Below, one piece after another: positions 9,858 to 22,600 of a stretch of DNA of 64,000 nt. Location of the stretch: positions 4,420,282 to 4,484,281 of the forward strand of contig MU004230.1 in NCBI GenBank assembly GCA_010405405.1, in the 5' to 3' direction. A program made the position numbers and the translations under genes. Every line of letters starts with the position of its first letter. The first letter of the stretch is position 1. Source of the DNA: Microthyrium microscopicum (Eukaryota). The notes under the pieces are model-generated. The model saw only the letters and a program-made list of their open reading frames with translations. It searched no databases and was not told where the DNA came from.

Positions 9858-11749
9858 ATGTCAAGCGAACAGACCCTACCTGAGAGACCGGCTGACGTAC
9901 CAAGTGCCGAGGCTGCTGAAGGTGGTGAAGGTGGTGAAGGTGGAGAGAAGCTCTCCAAAAAGGCACTTAAGAAGATGGAAAAGGAGAAGGAAAAGGCCGA
10001 AAAGAAGCGTTTACAGCAAGAAAAAGAAGCCGCTGCCAAAGCGCAAGCTGATGCGAACGATGTCTCCAAAGACAAATATGGCGAGTATGTACTCAAGAAA
10101 CTGGACCCGTCCAAACGATATTCTAACCACTGGATAGTACTCCTATAATAGGCACTGCAGATTACAAACCCTTGACACAGAAGCGCTACAAACTCCACGA
10201 ACTCGCAGAGATTGCCGATGGCACCAACGTCCTCATTCGAGCCCGTGTTCACAATGCGAGAAGTCAATCCGCCAAACTAGCTTTCCTTAACCTTCGCGAT
10301 CGCTTGGATACCATACAGGCTGTCATTGCTGCTAGCGAGACACTCAGTCGACAGATGGTCAAATTTGCCTCGACGTTGTCATCTGAGTCTATTGTCGACG
10401 TTGTTGGTACGGTCAGAGGCGTGACAGACCCTATCAAGAGCGCCTCAATCAGCAACGCAGAATTACACATTGAAGAACTATGGGTTATCAGCAGAGCTCC
10501 AAACCAGATGCCTATCCAAGTCGAGGATGCTGAGAGCCGAATTCCCAATGAAAACGCGGCTGAAGAGAAGACGGAGACTGGTCGTCCGACAGTGACTTTG
10601 CCAACTAGACTTGACAATCGTGTCATCGATCTGCGTTCGACTCTGAATCAGGCCATCTTCCAGATTCGTGATGGTGTACAGCAGCTCTTTGAGGAATATC
10701 TACGGAAACATGACTTTCTGAAGATTGATACTCCGAAGCTACTTGGTGCTCCATCTGAAGGTGGTGCTAATGTGTTTGAGGTCAAGTACTTTGACAAGAA
10801 GGCCTATGTAAGTTCCTCCCATACCGAACCAGTGGACATTGTAGACTAACCTTGGACGAAAGCTCGCTCAATCGCCCCAGCTCTACAAACAAATGATGAT
10901 TGCAGCCGATTACAAACGAGTCTTTGAAACCGCTCCAGGTAAGTGTACATTCAAAGCTTCGAGACAACTTCACTAACAAGCCCAAGTCTTCCGCGCAGAA
11001 AACAGCAACACCACCCGCCACTTGACAGAATATACTTCCCTCGATCTCGAAATGGAATTCGAGCACGACTACCACGACGTAATCCACTTCATCCGCGATC
11101 TGCTTCTCTACATTCTCCAAGGTCTCGAAACCCGCTATACTAAGCAAACGGAGCGCGTCCGCAAAGAATACAAAACCGAGGCCTTCCTCGTGCCCAAGAA
11201 TCCCGCCGACGTGCCCATCATCACCTTCCGCGAAGGAGTCGCTCTCCTCAAAGAAGCCGGCACAGAAATCAGTGAGCTTGAAGACATCAAGTATACCCTC
11301 CCTCTCTCCCCTCTTTATCCTTTCCACTAACAAAACATCGCAGTTCAACAGAAGAGAAACAACTCGGCAACCTAATCCGCACCAAATACAACACGGACTT
11401 CTACATCCTAACCGAATACCCCCTCGACGCCCGCGCATTCTACACCATGCCGCACAAGACCGATCCGCGCTTCAGCCATTCGTACGATTTCATGCTGCGT
11501 GGCCAGGAAGTCTTGAGCGGTGCGCAGCGGATTCACGATCAGGCGATGTTGAAGGAACGATGTAAGGTGTTGGGCATTGATGCGGATGGTCCGGGGTTGA
11601 AGGACTACGTGAATACGTTTGCGTATGGGTGTGCGCCGCATGCGGGTGGTGCGTTTGGGGCGGAGCGGATTGTGTTGAATTGGCTCGGCTTGGGAAATGT
11701 CAGATTGGCGACGCTGTTCCCTAGAGATCCGAGTCGATTGACGCCGTAG
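9858..11749 (+). CDS. DPS1: Cytoplasmic aspartyl-tRNA synthetase (exons 9858-10084, 10138-10807, 10863-10938, 10987-11290, 11344-11749)
   Basis: TRLDNRVIDLR, SEGGANVF, LAQSPQLYKQM, VFRAENSNT.RHLTE, SYDFMLRGQEVLSGAQRIHD, LFPRDPSRLTP. Four canonical introns keep the frame. Confidence 0.95.
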
Positions 11750-12045
11750 ATGAGTTAGGGGGTATGCGATGAGGATGGGGGATGGTGGCTGGTGGGAATA
11801 GGGGTAGGTAGTGTCATGTTGCTGCGACTGTGGGCGCATTACTCCTAAAACAGGATGCGATGTCTAAGAAATAAAAGAACCATTCATTGGTCACTAAAAT
11901 GCAGAAAACTACTTCTATAATGTCATTTCTCATAGAGGCAAGATTCAACTGCGAGCATGTCTGTCTATTAGAATACCAAACCACTCATGTTGGCCCTCCC
12001 AATCTATCACTCGCACCCTATTTTTCTCGATCCGAGCCAGTAGCT

Positions 12046-13796
12046 TTACGATGCTGGCACTACTCCTCGAACACCACCCTTTCCACCAACTTCTCTTGCA
12101 ACCATCGTGACTGCTAGATCGGGACCAATGTTGAGCTGCACTTCGATTTTGGCACCTTTCTTAACGCCTCGAATCGCTGCCTCAGCAATGGTAGCCTTGT
12201 GCTTCCACTTCTTCTCCTTTATCTCCTCCTCTTCCTCTTCCGAATCGTCGTCATCATCGCTATCGTCGTCATCGCCATTGGTCTCGGGCTTGGTTTTCTT
12301 CTCAACAGGCTTGCTGATCACTTCGCTAGTACCTTCGCAAAGCTTGACAATAACATCACCACCAGCGCCAGGTACGGGGAAGATCTTACTACGCCGTACG
12401 GGTACAGGTGTCTCAGCTTCGACGAGCGGCACAAATACACCATGAGACTTCTCGTCAGCGCTGATGCAGAGCAGTCCAAGCGCGGTACTTAGGTGTGCTG
12501 TGGCTGTGACGACTGGGTGGCAGCTCTCGCGCACATCCTCGACGTCAAAATCGCTAATCAGACTGGCTTGGATGGCCGCTCCACGAGCAGCAAGTTCGCT
12601 GGGGTTGAGAGCCTCGGTGCTGGTGGCAGGGGCGTGGACTGCGGCGGAGGAGAAGGTAGATTGCATGTTGCGAGCGAGGCGTGGTGTGTGGGACGAACCG
12701 CCGGACATTATAACATCGGAGATATCGAGTGGGTCGAGACCAGCTTTTGCGACGACGCTGAGCACAAGACGGGAGATAGCAGCGAAGATTTTGCCAGCGA
12801 GCAGCTCATAACGAGTGCGGTTGATGGTAGCGGTAAAGTCGATTCCAGAAGAGAGCGATTCGACACTGAAGTTGGCAGAGCCGCCGAGACTGAGGGCCTT
12901 CTTGACAGCTTCCGACTCGAGGGTGAGTTTGGCAAGAGAGCGGGCGTTGTTGCGTGGGTCTTCCGCAGATTTGTTCTTTTTGAGAAATTCTTTGGCAAAG
13001 TATTCTACGAGGACTTTGTCGAGTTGTGTACCACTGTATTCATAGTCGTGGGCCGTGGCAAGAATGGTGTAAATCCCTCCTCTGGAGGCTACGACTGCAA
13101 TGTCAGTGCGAGTGCCGCCAATGTCAGCGACAACAACAGTCTTGTCCGAAGGATCGGTTCCAGTGCGCGCATCGTAGGCGAGAACAGCAGCTACCGGCTC
13201 ACTGATGAGCTGCAAGACCTCGACTCCAGCATCCGCCGAGGCTTTCGATAGCGCCTCTTTTTGAGCATCGGAAAAGTTTGTGGGAACTGTTATAACAGCA
13301 GAGTTGATAGATTTGCCAAGGAAATCAGCAGCAGACGCTGCTAATACACGAATGTGTCTAGTAGCAATTTCAGAAACAGAAGTATTGTTCGATTCCTCGG
13401 CTTCAGTATCGCGGATTGAAAAGGCTATCGAGTTGCCAGATTGTATTGGGTGCGCAGACTGATGGCATGGTGATGGGTCTATCGACTTGAATTCCTGACC
13501 AAGGAAATCGCGAAAATATGCAACGGTGTTTTTGGGATTGCGCACCAATTGCGCTTTTGCCTGCGTACCCTGGAGCTCTTCGCCGTCGACGTACGCTAAT
13601 ATTGAGGGAATTTGACGATCTAGAATAGATTAGCCACGGCGTGGTACGGAATTAGCAAAGTCTTTTACATACCTCCCTCTTCGTTGGCGATAACCTCCGC
13701 CTTGCCTTCACCAGTAGTATGGGCTATGGAGCTATAAGAGTTGCCAAAGGCAATGCCTATGGCGACGCGCGAGCTAGGTTCTCCGTCGGCACTCAT
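12046..13796 (-). CDS. SSZ1: Ribosome-associated complex Hsp70 (intron 13620-13672)
   Basis: IGIAFGNSYSSIA, VIANEEGDRQIPS, AVITVPTNFS; short atypical Hsp70 lacking the lid and EEVD. Confidence 0.92.
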
Positions 13797-14818
13797 GGTG
13801 AGAAATGGGGGATCGTGAAATTGTAGGAAGGAATTTGGATAGCGGTGTTGATGTCTGCCACAGAAATTTTGGCTCGGGAGTCAAATCGCATTATTTGTCC
13901 CGCGCTAGTGTTGTTTGGGAACATACCCCTGCAATGTTTAGTGGGCCCACTCTATGGTTTGCTGTAAGGCTGTATGGTTTGAAGTGTTTTCTCTCTGCCT
14001 CAGTGCTTCAACCGGACAAAAGTTGTTAGGTTATAGGTACTAAGAAAATCTGGATATCTCGGGGATTAAGCTGACCAACTTTTTACACTACAAAAGGTGA
14101 CCAGTCAAGATACGTCAATCAGTCCCCATCAGGCTGAAATTGACATCTCTAAGGCTGAAACCCCAGTAATGAGATTCTATAGGTGCTACGTAACTTCTCT
14201 TCGTACCGAGTTTTCATGACTGATGATAATGTCTACGGCACCACGGCAAGACTGAGATGAGAGTTTCGGATCAAGGTTGTCAAAATTACAAGCCAGTAAT
14301 GCAGGTCTTCGAAGGCTATAATTTTGATTACGCTTGAAACCTATACCCAAGTGGCGGTGACATGATACTGCTGCGCCGTAGGGGGAAAAATACACTTTCG
14401 TATGACCGTTCCATCGTTGCCAACGCATATCGAAGAATGAAAAACTTTTGTTATCTTGCCGCTCTGCCTATATATGGATCTGTTCCCTTAAAGTATCTTC
14501 TCTTATTTGAAGCTGTTCTATGATCGTGAGGCCGATTCGCTTCGCTCGTGGAATACCTGAACCGGATTTGTCGTGTAGCGAGTTCTTCTTTTGCACAAAT
14601 TGCAGAAGAGCGACACGGTAGATCATATACTCAACCTCTATTCTATGGGTCGTAGGCAATTTCAGTTTCAGGAACTCGGATAAGATAGGAAGTGAGACCA
14701 GATCTGCAGCATTCTAGCTACCTAGGTATGTAAGCTTTCTACGAATACTCGCTGAAGTTTTTCGTAGATCAAGCACTTGATTGTCCAAAGGCATAAGGTT
14801 AAGGGTCAATATTTCTCT

Positions 14819-15926
14819 TTAAAGGTGATAAGGCGGTTCCGCACCCTCGACTGTTGCGTACACAGCAGTGATTGCATCAGCAAGATCGGATGGAAGCGGC
14901 CCAGCCTTGATAGCATCAAGGGTATCACGTAGCTGTGCGAGTTTGGACATTCCAATAATTACACCATCACCATATTGACCATCCAAAATACTATGGAACG
15001 CCGTCCATCGTATCGCTGCTTCATGGCCGCTGATTCCGTGCTTCTGGGCAGCATCTCGAACAATTTTCACTGAATCCTGGACAGGTTGTTGACCGTAAAG
15101 CATCTTGTAAAGGCTGCCGGGGGCATTCTGATTCTTCTTAGCGCGATCTGTATCAAGTGTCCTTGGCGAGCTTACACTGTCGCTCCAGCGAACTGAAGTG
15201 TGACTATGGCCTGAGAAAAGACCACCTGCCCCAGCACTGATGAAATAGTCAGATATAGGGCCTGTACACTCGAAGATTACCTACCTGTATGCATAGAATG
15301 CAATTTTGTTCTTACGCAAGACAGGAAAGAGTTCCTTCTCGCCTCTTCTCACAATGGCGTTGTAATGTCCTTGATACACGCTTGGTTTGGCATAACCTTT
15401 CTCCTCGCATAAGTCAACAAATTGCTGCACTTCTGCAGGAGCGTAATTAGAGAGTCCAAATCTTTTGCATTGTCCTTGCTCGATAGCTTGATTCATCGCC
15501 TTTGCGGACTCCTCAAATGGAGTCTGGCGATCAGGCACATGCAGATATAAGGTCTCTACACTGTTTGACTTCAGAGCATCCAGAGATTGTTTGATGCTTT
15601 GACCAATTTTTGTGTATTCATGCGATCCAGGCTGACCATCAAGAACTTTGGTATCGATGATGAACCGAGAGGCGGCACCAGCCTGACCAAGTCGTTTCTC
15701 AGAGGCACCATAATTGCCGGCCGTATCGATATTACTATATCCGCGATTGTAGAATGTGTCAAGCAGAGCTTTCACATCTTTCTCGTTGTCGAAGTGTGCA
15801 ATGCCGGGGTGTGTTGAGCTATCGCCGACCTACGATGATACTATAAGAAGCCGGAAGTTTCAATTGGTAGGTCATACGAACCATATGTGTCCCCAAAATG
15901 ATCTTTACGGGTGTATTGGGGGACAT
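14819..15926 (-). CDS. Aldo-keto reductase, aflatoxin B1 aldehyde reductase-like (exons 15926-15882, 15829-15285, 15236-14819)
   Basis: IDTAGNY, IDTK, LYLHVPD, GLSNY, YQGHYN, AAIRW, GVIIGMS motifs; two GT-AG introns. Confidence 0.88.
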
Positions 15927-16125
15927 TTTGATTTTGAAAGAGACTAAACAGAATCTAGACAGAGCAAGTTATGAGGATTATGAGGCGAAACAAGCTATGG
16001 TTTGCTGCATTAGAAAGGGCGGCACCTTCCTTGTGTTATAGAGCTAAACATTATACTGATATTCACAGAATGCAGGCGGACATCTTACAAATTAAGAGAT
16101 GATGTGACTATTTCAAGTCGTAATT

Positions 16126-16173
16126 CCGCAAGTTTCCCGCAAAATATCCGCAAGTGCCCGCAAATTGTCCGCA
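16126..16173. promoter_or_regulatory. Five CCGCA boxes upstream of the reductase; candidate Zn2Cys6 binding array
   Basis: CCGCA at 16126, 16137, 16148, 16158 and 16169. Confidence 0.55.
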
Positions 16174-16314
16174 TGCGAACACATCTACAGACTTGTCTTC
16201 GATTTCTCGGCATTATCAAAGTGCTTAGCTTAAGTAAAGACCTTGCCAATGTTAAGCTTGTTCAGTATTCTAAGTATTGTATTAGGGTATGCCATTGGTA
16301 TTGGAGAAAGTATC

Positions 16315-17586
16315 TTAGAAGAGGTTATTGCCAGAGTTTTTGTTAGTACTACTGTCAATCCAACATTGGATTTTATCCGGGCCAACTGTAAACCTCCAAA
16401 ACATTTTCACAAGATCATCAAACTCCTCTGCTCTATGCCCAGATATCAAAGATCCAGCCTCCAATGATGACACCAAAAGTGGAACTTGTGCGCTCCTACA
16501 AGTCAAATCATACCACTTCACAGCAGATTGAGCATCCCATAAGCCCGTACGTCCAGTGATCATCGCGGCACCAGTACATTCTGCCCACCCCCTCGTCATG
16601 GTCTCGTAGGTATTGGCGATGGTATCAATGATAACCTGAGTGCGCCTCACGGTTTCAGTCAGAATCCATACCTTCCAGAGCTCCGAGCAATCGCCATAAT
16701 CGGACTCGCTTGTAATTTGCTGAAGTAAGCTAAAGCCATGTTCGCCCCGATATGTATTTGCTGCTTGCCACATTTCGATCACCCATGTTCGAAGCGTCGG
16801 GAGCTGTCGTTCAGCAGAAGCACGAAGCCGAACCGAACCATCAAAAAGTCTCATGAATTCGTAAACAAAGAGTGCCAGCACGCGGGCCAAGTGAGCAAGT
16901 ATGCCTTCAATGCCGCTGACATTATGCTGTTCTTGACCAACGAGTGCGTATGAGCGCTCTTCGGCAATCTGCAATACCGTCTCTTTTTTTGCTTGACCAG
17001 TGTAGGCTGCGAATGTTGTGAAGGCATCCTGGAGACAAGTGGGCATGCCCTTATCAAACAACCGGTGATGTATGAAAGCATTATGACCATCTTTGACCCA
17101 GGCTTGCAACATTTCTTCTACCGCACTGACAAATGGATTCATGTCGATTTCCACACAGCCAGGTTCTGATTTACAATGCTGCATAACCCATGTCTCATCT
17201 TCAAGAATCCACGGATTTGTTGCAGTCTGAAGTGTCGGATGCTGGGAGGACGAATTGATCCCGAATGTTAAAAGTGTTGAGACGTATGGGTTCATCACTT
17301 CTGGTATCGGCATAGAGAAATCTAAGTCAGGCGTCTCTATTGTGCTCCATTCCGCGAAATCAAGGTCGTCACCCAATGTGTGTGCATTGACATAGTTTGA
17401 AAAGACATCTGTATCAATATCCTGGTTATGTTGGTCGTTTGTCTCTCTGCGTCGTCTTTTGAGTTGCGGATACACACAGTCTATATCTCTGTCCAGGCAG
17501 CGTTCGCATTCGGGCAGCTTCTTATCACACTTGCGCTTAGAATCTGCACAGGCAATGCAGGCTTTTGGACGAAGGACTGAAGGCAT
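16315..17586 (-). CDS. Zn(II)2Cys6 transcription factor
   Basis: ACIACADSKRKCDKKLPECERCLDRDIDCVYP binuclear cluster; ATG at 17586. Confidence 0.92.
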   Translation of the reverse strand: MPSVLRPKACIACADSKRKCDKKLPECERCLDRDIDCVYPQLKRRRRETNDQHNQDIDTDVFSNYVNAHTLGDDLDFAEWSTIETPDLDFSMPIPEVMNPYVSTLLTFGINSSSQHPTLQTATNPWILEDETWVMQHCKSEPGCVEIDMNPFVSAVEEMLQAWVKDGHNAFIHHRLFDKGMPTCLQDAFTTFAAYTGQAKKETVLQIAEERSYALVGQEQHNVSGIEGILAHLARVLALFVYEFMRLFDGSVRLRASAERQLPTLRTWVIEMWQAANTYRGEHGFSLLQQITSESDYGDCSELWKVWILTETVRRTQVIIDTIANTYETMTRGWAECTGAAMITGRTGLWDAQSAVKWYDLTCRSAQVPLLVSSLEAGSLISGHRAEEFDDLVKMFWRFTVGPDKIQCWIDSSTNKNSGNNLF

Positions 17587-18353
17587 TTTGTGAAGACTGG
17601 AACAAGAAAAGTACAATGACACTGGCTACAGATCGGGTTCCAAGGACAAGTAGTTGCGAGCTGCTTATTAATGGTCTACATAGGGCTGATCTGCGGATAC
17701 AATATATCTACAGCTTCCGTCTTGAATGCTCAAGGTCAAAGTGTGCCACTGCAAAATGATTCTCTCAATAATGCGTCCAGACTGTCCCTCGTTTTCAACA
17801 CTGGTGGTAAAAGCATTTTGTAATGTGTATACTAGTAATTCTTGTATCGCTAGCATGCTGTTAGCAGCAGTCTTACATCTCTGGCAGCTATAAAACCCAC
17901 CACCAGTTGACGAGGTCATCAGAGCTGTAAGTAAAGCCTTGTCAATCACATCACTGTTCATCATAGCTTGCACAACCAGTGGAGTCTTACTGTTTGTTTC
18001 TTTATGCAGCTGTGTATGATGTCAACTCAGGAAATACAGTACCTAATGTCTACTAGACCGTCTGTCTCACCACAATGAGTAGCAGACTACTTCTATAATT
18101 GAGTTATTAACTCTTCTCCAAGACTTGGCCTGTTTGTCATATCAATGACAACAAGGCAGTGTATGTGGCTTTGCTCAAAAGAATTCTATCAGGGGCAAAC
18201 CTGGGCTATGGTAAAAGGCTACTACCTAGGCCCCTTTGACAATATAGCCTGAAAAGTAACCTATGATATCATGGCAAGAAATCTTGCTAAACGTTAATAT
18301 TGTGGACATGTCTTTTCTTTGAACGCCGTTCCATGCATTTATTCAAAGAATGC

Positions 18354-19109
18354 CTACTTCCGCATGTGGGAATAATCCTTGAGAAGATGGGCAATATGGG
18401 TATTAGTCTGTTTTCCACCACGCCTCGACCGCTTCCGATTGTCCTTTCTACCAACCTTGCGTTCCACCACGACCTTCTCACTCGACGGCGTGATATCTGC
18501 CGCCAACAACTTCTCTCGCAGCTCGTCCTGATTCTTTGGTAGCCGAATGGCATTCCAGTCTCTCCGAAGGTCGTCACCAATGTTATGCCAGAGCGATGGA
18601 TCATCCTGCCACACCGAACGAATTACGCCCCGCTTGTCGCGTACAACAAGCAACTCGTGCTTCGTTTCCATCTCGTCGCAATGGACTTGAGCATCCTGCC
18701 ATCCATCCTTGATGTCATCGAACTTGAGTCCAACAGAATGCTTTCGCTTCTGTAGGAAAGCCTTGAGCGTCTCGGCATTGTGAACTGGGATCTTGGACTT
18801 GTACTTGAATGAGCCAATACCGCCGAGGCCAGCAGGATTGTATGATATGCTACTGTTTCCACGCGATTGCAAAATTCGGCGGAACTTCAGCAGGAAAGCC
18901 TCGTCATTGTGTTGGATGGAAAGGTAGTTGACGATGTCTTCGAAGGAGTGCTCCCTAGGCTTGTCCTTCAGAAAGTCGATGGCGAAGGCGTGATGTGTCA
19001 TCATCTGGTTCTCTCCGCTTAGTACAGGTTGCGGCTTCGCTGGGATATGGAAGGTGGGCAGCTCGCGCTTGCGTTTGACACCTTGGCTTGGGTCTGGAGT
19101 GAGCGCCAT
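18354..19109 (-). CDS. TFA2: Transcription initiation factor TFIIE beta subunit
   Basis: 251 aa with FAIDFLK, DIKDGW, DDLRRDWNAIRLP and C-terminal GKQTNTHIAHLLKDYS. Confidence 0.88.
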   Translation of the reverse strand: MALTPDPSQGVKRKRELPTFHIPAKPQPVLSGENQMMTHHAFAIDFLKDKPREHSFEDIVNYLSIQHNDEAFLLKFRRILQSRGNSSISYNPAGLGGIGSFKYKSKIPVHNAETLKAFLQKRKHSVGLKFDDIKDGWQDAQVHCDEMETKHELLVVRDKRGVIRSVWQDDPSLWHNIGDDLRRDWNAIRLPKNQDELREKLLAADITPSSEKVVVERKVGRKDNRKRSRRGGKQTNTHIAHLLKDYSHMRK

Positions 19110-19679
19110 GATGAAGTTGCTGGAAGGGATTGCGCCGATGCGATTTGTAGCTTTCTTTGAAGGTTTGAGGGTTTGAATTGATCGACTTGTATAGTCAAAG
19201 ACAAGACGAAGATAATGGCCTAAAGTAAGGCTTGGTCTGGTTGATTAACGAAGGGCGCTGGTGTTGAGGAAAGGTGGAAGATGGAGAGTTAGTGATGTGG
19301 ACTTGAAGGCAGAGTGCAGGTGAAGTTAAAGAGCGATGCTGACTCAGATTATTCACTTTCTGAGCTTAACCTATTTGGGCCTAGACCAGGCTGCAGATCT
19401 GCTTGGGCCTTGGCACCCTGCGACGCGCTCCAACATTGTGAACCTCTTCTTTCAACAACTGCTACACTCATATTGCTCCTTTGATCAACTCACCGTAAAC
19501 TATTCGCATCCGCATCCGCATCCACCCCTTCCCTTCTACTTTCTTTGTCCTATTACACCAAACCTTTGTCATCAACACTGTTCGTTTCATTTCTGTATTC
19601 CAACTGGATGCGCCTCTTCGAGAATGTTATTCTAATCCTTTGATTTTCATCGTCCTTGACTCTAAGGGCTGTCAACAAC

Positions 19680-22600
19680 ATGGCCACCGCCACCATTGAC
19701 ACAACCTACCTTTCCGCCGCCTACTCCTTCCCCGAGGCATCCTTTCAAACCCTTCGTACATCCCCTACTCCAGACCTTGTCGAGTCGTTACTCAATCGAC
19801 TCGTACAAGTCGCCCAAGATTTCGATAACACCAAAGCGGAGAAGCTTCGTGCAGATGTTGAGTTAGAATCCGCGGTGCGCAGCGGCGAGAGTCGCGTTCA
19901 CCACCTGAAGACAACTCATGAAAAGAATGTGGAAACCATTCAAGAGCTTCGTCGAAGCTTGAACGATTCTGGTATGTTCAATTTTCTGACTACTTCGAAG
20001 AATACTGACAATGTTAGAAAATGCGCGTACATCCCTCGAAAATGAGCTCCAGACTCTCAAATCATCCTCGAATACATCCTCCTCCGAAGTCGAACAATTA
20101 CAGTCTCGTATTTCTACACTAGAATCATCCAATAGAGATACCGTCTCTCTACTAGATAGCAAGTCTGCTGCTCATGATCGACTCGCGGAGGAGCTGTCAG
20201 CTCAACAACAAAAGATTGTCGCTCTTCGTCGCGAAGTCTCGTCGCTGGAAGAAAAGCTTCAAAAGGCAGAAAATGCTTCCATGAGCTCCAAATACCGAGA
20301 ACAGTCCTTACAAAATGAAGTGCAATCCTTGAAGAAGACGAATGATTGGAATGAGGATGAAATCAAACGCCGTACCACAGAACAATCAAAGTTCCGGAAA
20401 GACAAGGCGGCGCAGGTCGCAGAACTTCAACGCGCGAACGAGGATCAAGCTCAAACTGTCGAAACCCTCCGTCGAACCGAGACTACCTTGCGCAACCGAG
20501 TCCACGAGATTACACAGAAGCTAGAAGAATCATTTGCCAAGGTCCATGCATTGGAAGATGAAGCGACCAAAACTCAGGACTCTTTCCGTGAAGAACTTGA
20601 AAATGCTCATCGTCTAGCCGAGTTACAAAAACAAAGCGCAACGACTTCAAGAGCTCGTCTACAAGAAGTGCAAGAGGCATATGAACAGATCAAGGAAGAT
20701 GCAGCGACAGAAATCGGCCAACTTCAAGCTGAAATTGATTCGGAGCGAGCTGACCGGGACGCGGCCGACACCAAGCTTGCAGAAATGGAAGCACATGCCG
20801 AAGCGCTCGAGGCAGAACTCAACGAATCCCGTCGTCATGTTTCCCGACCTACAACTCCTCGACGTGGTATGAATGGCGCAAGTAGAGGAACTACTCCCAT
20901 GGGCACACCGTCAGGAGCATTTGCCTCGCCTGCGGCTTCTCGACTCAAGGGTAGCTTAAGCATGACTCAGCTATATACTGAACATGCACAAATGAAAGGA
21001 GAATTGGATCTTGAACGTCGGCGAAACGAAAAGCTAAGATCAACCATGGACGAAATGATTCGAGACTTGGAGAAACAACAACCAGGAATCGAGGAGCTTC
21101 GTATGGATCATGAGCGACTACAAACCGATCTCGAGGAGATGACAGGCCTACTGGATGACACAGCCAAGGAACGCGATCTTGCTCGTAAGGAAGCCAAACG
21201 ACTTGGTGGAGAAATATCCGGTTTAGCACAAAGCTCAGAAATTCTTCGTCAACAACTCCGGGATGCAAGTCTCCAAATCAAGGTGCTGTTGGCGGAGGGC
21301 CAGTATAGAGAACGTGGATTGGAATCCTTAACAATTGCCGATCGTTCACTTCTGGAGCAAGCCATGCGTGGAGAGATGGAGATCGAAGAGATAATCGGCA
21401 TGTCAGCGACTGGTCAACTCATCAGCGAACGTCTGGCCATCTATCGAAATGTTGAGGAGCTCCAAACCCAAAACCTCAAGCTCGGCAATCTCACTCGGAA
21501 ACTTAGCGAGCAGATGGAAGGCGCGGAAGCCAAGGCCAAGAAAGAGCAGCAAGATAAAAACGTCAAGGAGCTCGAAGAGCTGCGAGAACGTGCACAACAG
21601 CACGAGAATGAAGTCAAATCTCTCACTGTTCGGAGCGAAAGCTATATCCGAGAGCGAGATATGTTCCGACGAATGCTCGCACATCGCGGCCAACTTCCTG
21701 CTGATGCAGATTTGTCTGTCATGTTTGGCGAGTCTGTCAACGGTGGCGGCCTCGGCGCATCTTTCGGTGGCGCAAGCCAACAACCTGTAGTGGCTCCTCA
21801 ATTGGGTGATTCAACCTCCATGGCCAAGGACTTGGGGGATTATAACCGATTACTCAAAGAGATGCAGTCCCAGTATGACAACTACCGCCAAGAAGCATCC
21901 ACCGAATATGCTGCACTCAAAGAACAACTTGGTCGAACTGGCAAGGAGAAGAATGATCTTCAGAGCGAAATCGCCAAATCTTCTAGTCAACTCACTCTGG
22001 CACGAGAGCGATATGAGCTTCTGCAATCCAACATGGCCATGCTCAGATCCGAAAATGGAGAATTGCAAAAGCGCTCCACTTCTCTGGCTGAGGTTGCTGC
22101 CAAGCAGGATCTAAGAACACAACAGGTTGCAGAGGAGTTGATAGAAGCTCGATCTGCCACTGATGGTCTTCGCAACGAGAATGCCAATCTCAAGGCTGAG
22201 CGAGAACTCTGGAAGAAGATTGAAAACCGTATCGAGGAAGACAACCGTCAACTTTCGGAAGAGCGAAGTCGCCTCAACAAAATGGTCTCAGATCTTCAGA
22301 GCTTACAAAATGAGCGTGAACTGGCCGATTCGGAGACCCGCCGACGTCTTCAAAGCCGCATCGATACTTTGGAGTCGGAACTCCAATCTACTAAACGAAA
22401 ATTGGACGACGAAACTGAAGACGGCAAGAAAGCAGCAATGCGGCGCGAATACGATCAAGAACAGAGCCGCACTCGTATCGACGACTTGCTTTCTAGTCTG
22501 CGAAATACTCGTGAGGAGCTGGTTGCACTCAAAACCCAACGCGATAGTCTGCAGAATCGGGTGGATGAGATGAAGGTTGAACTTCGAGCAGCTGAAGAGA

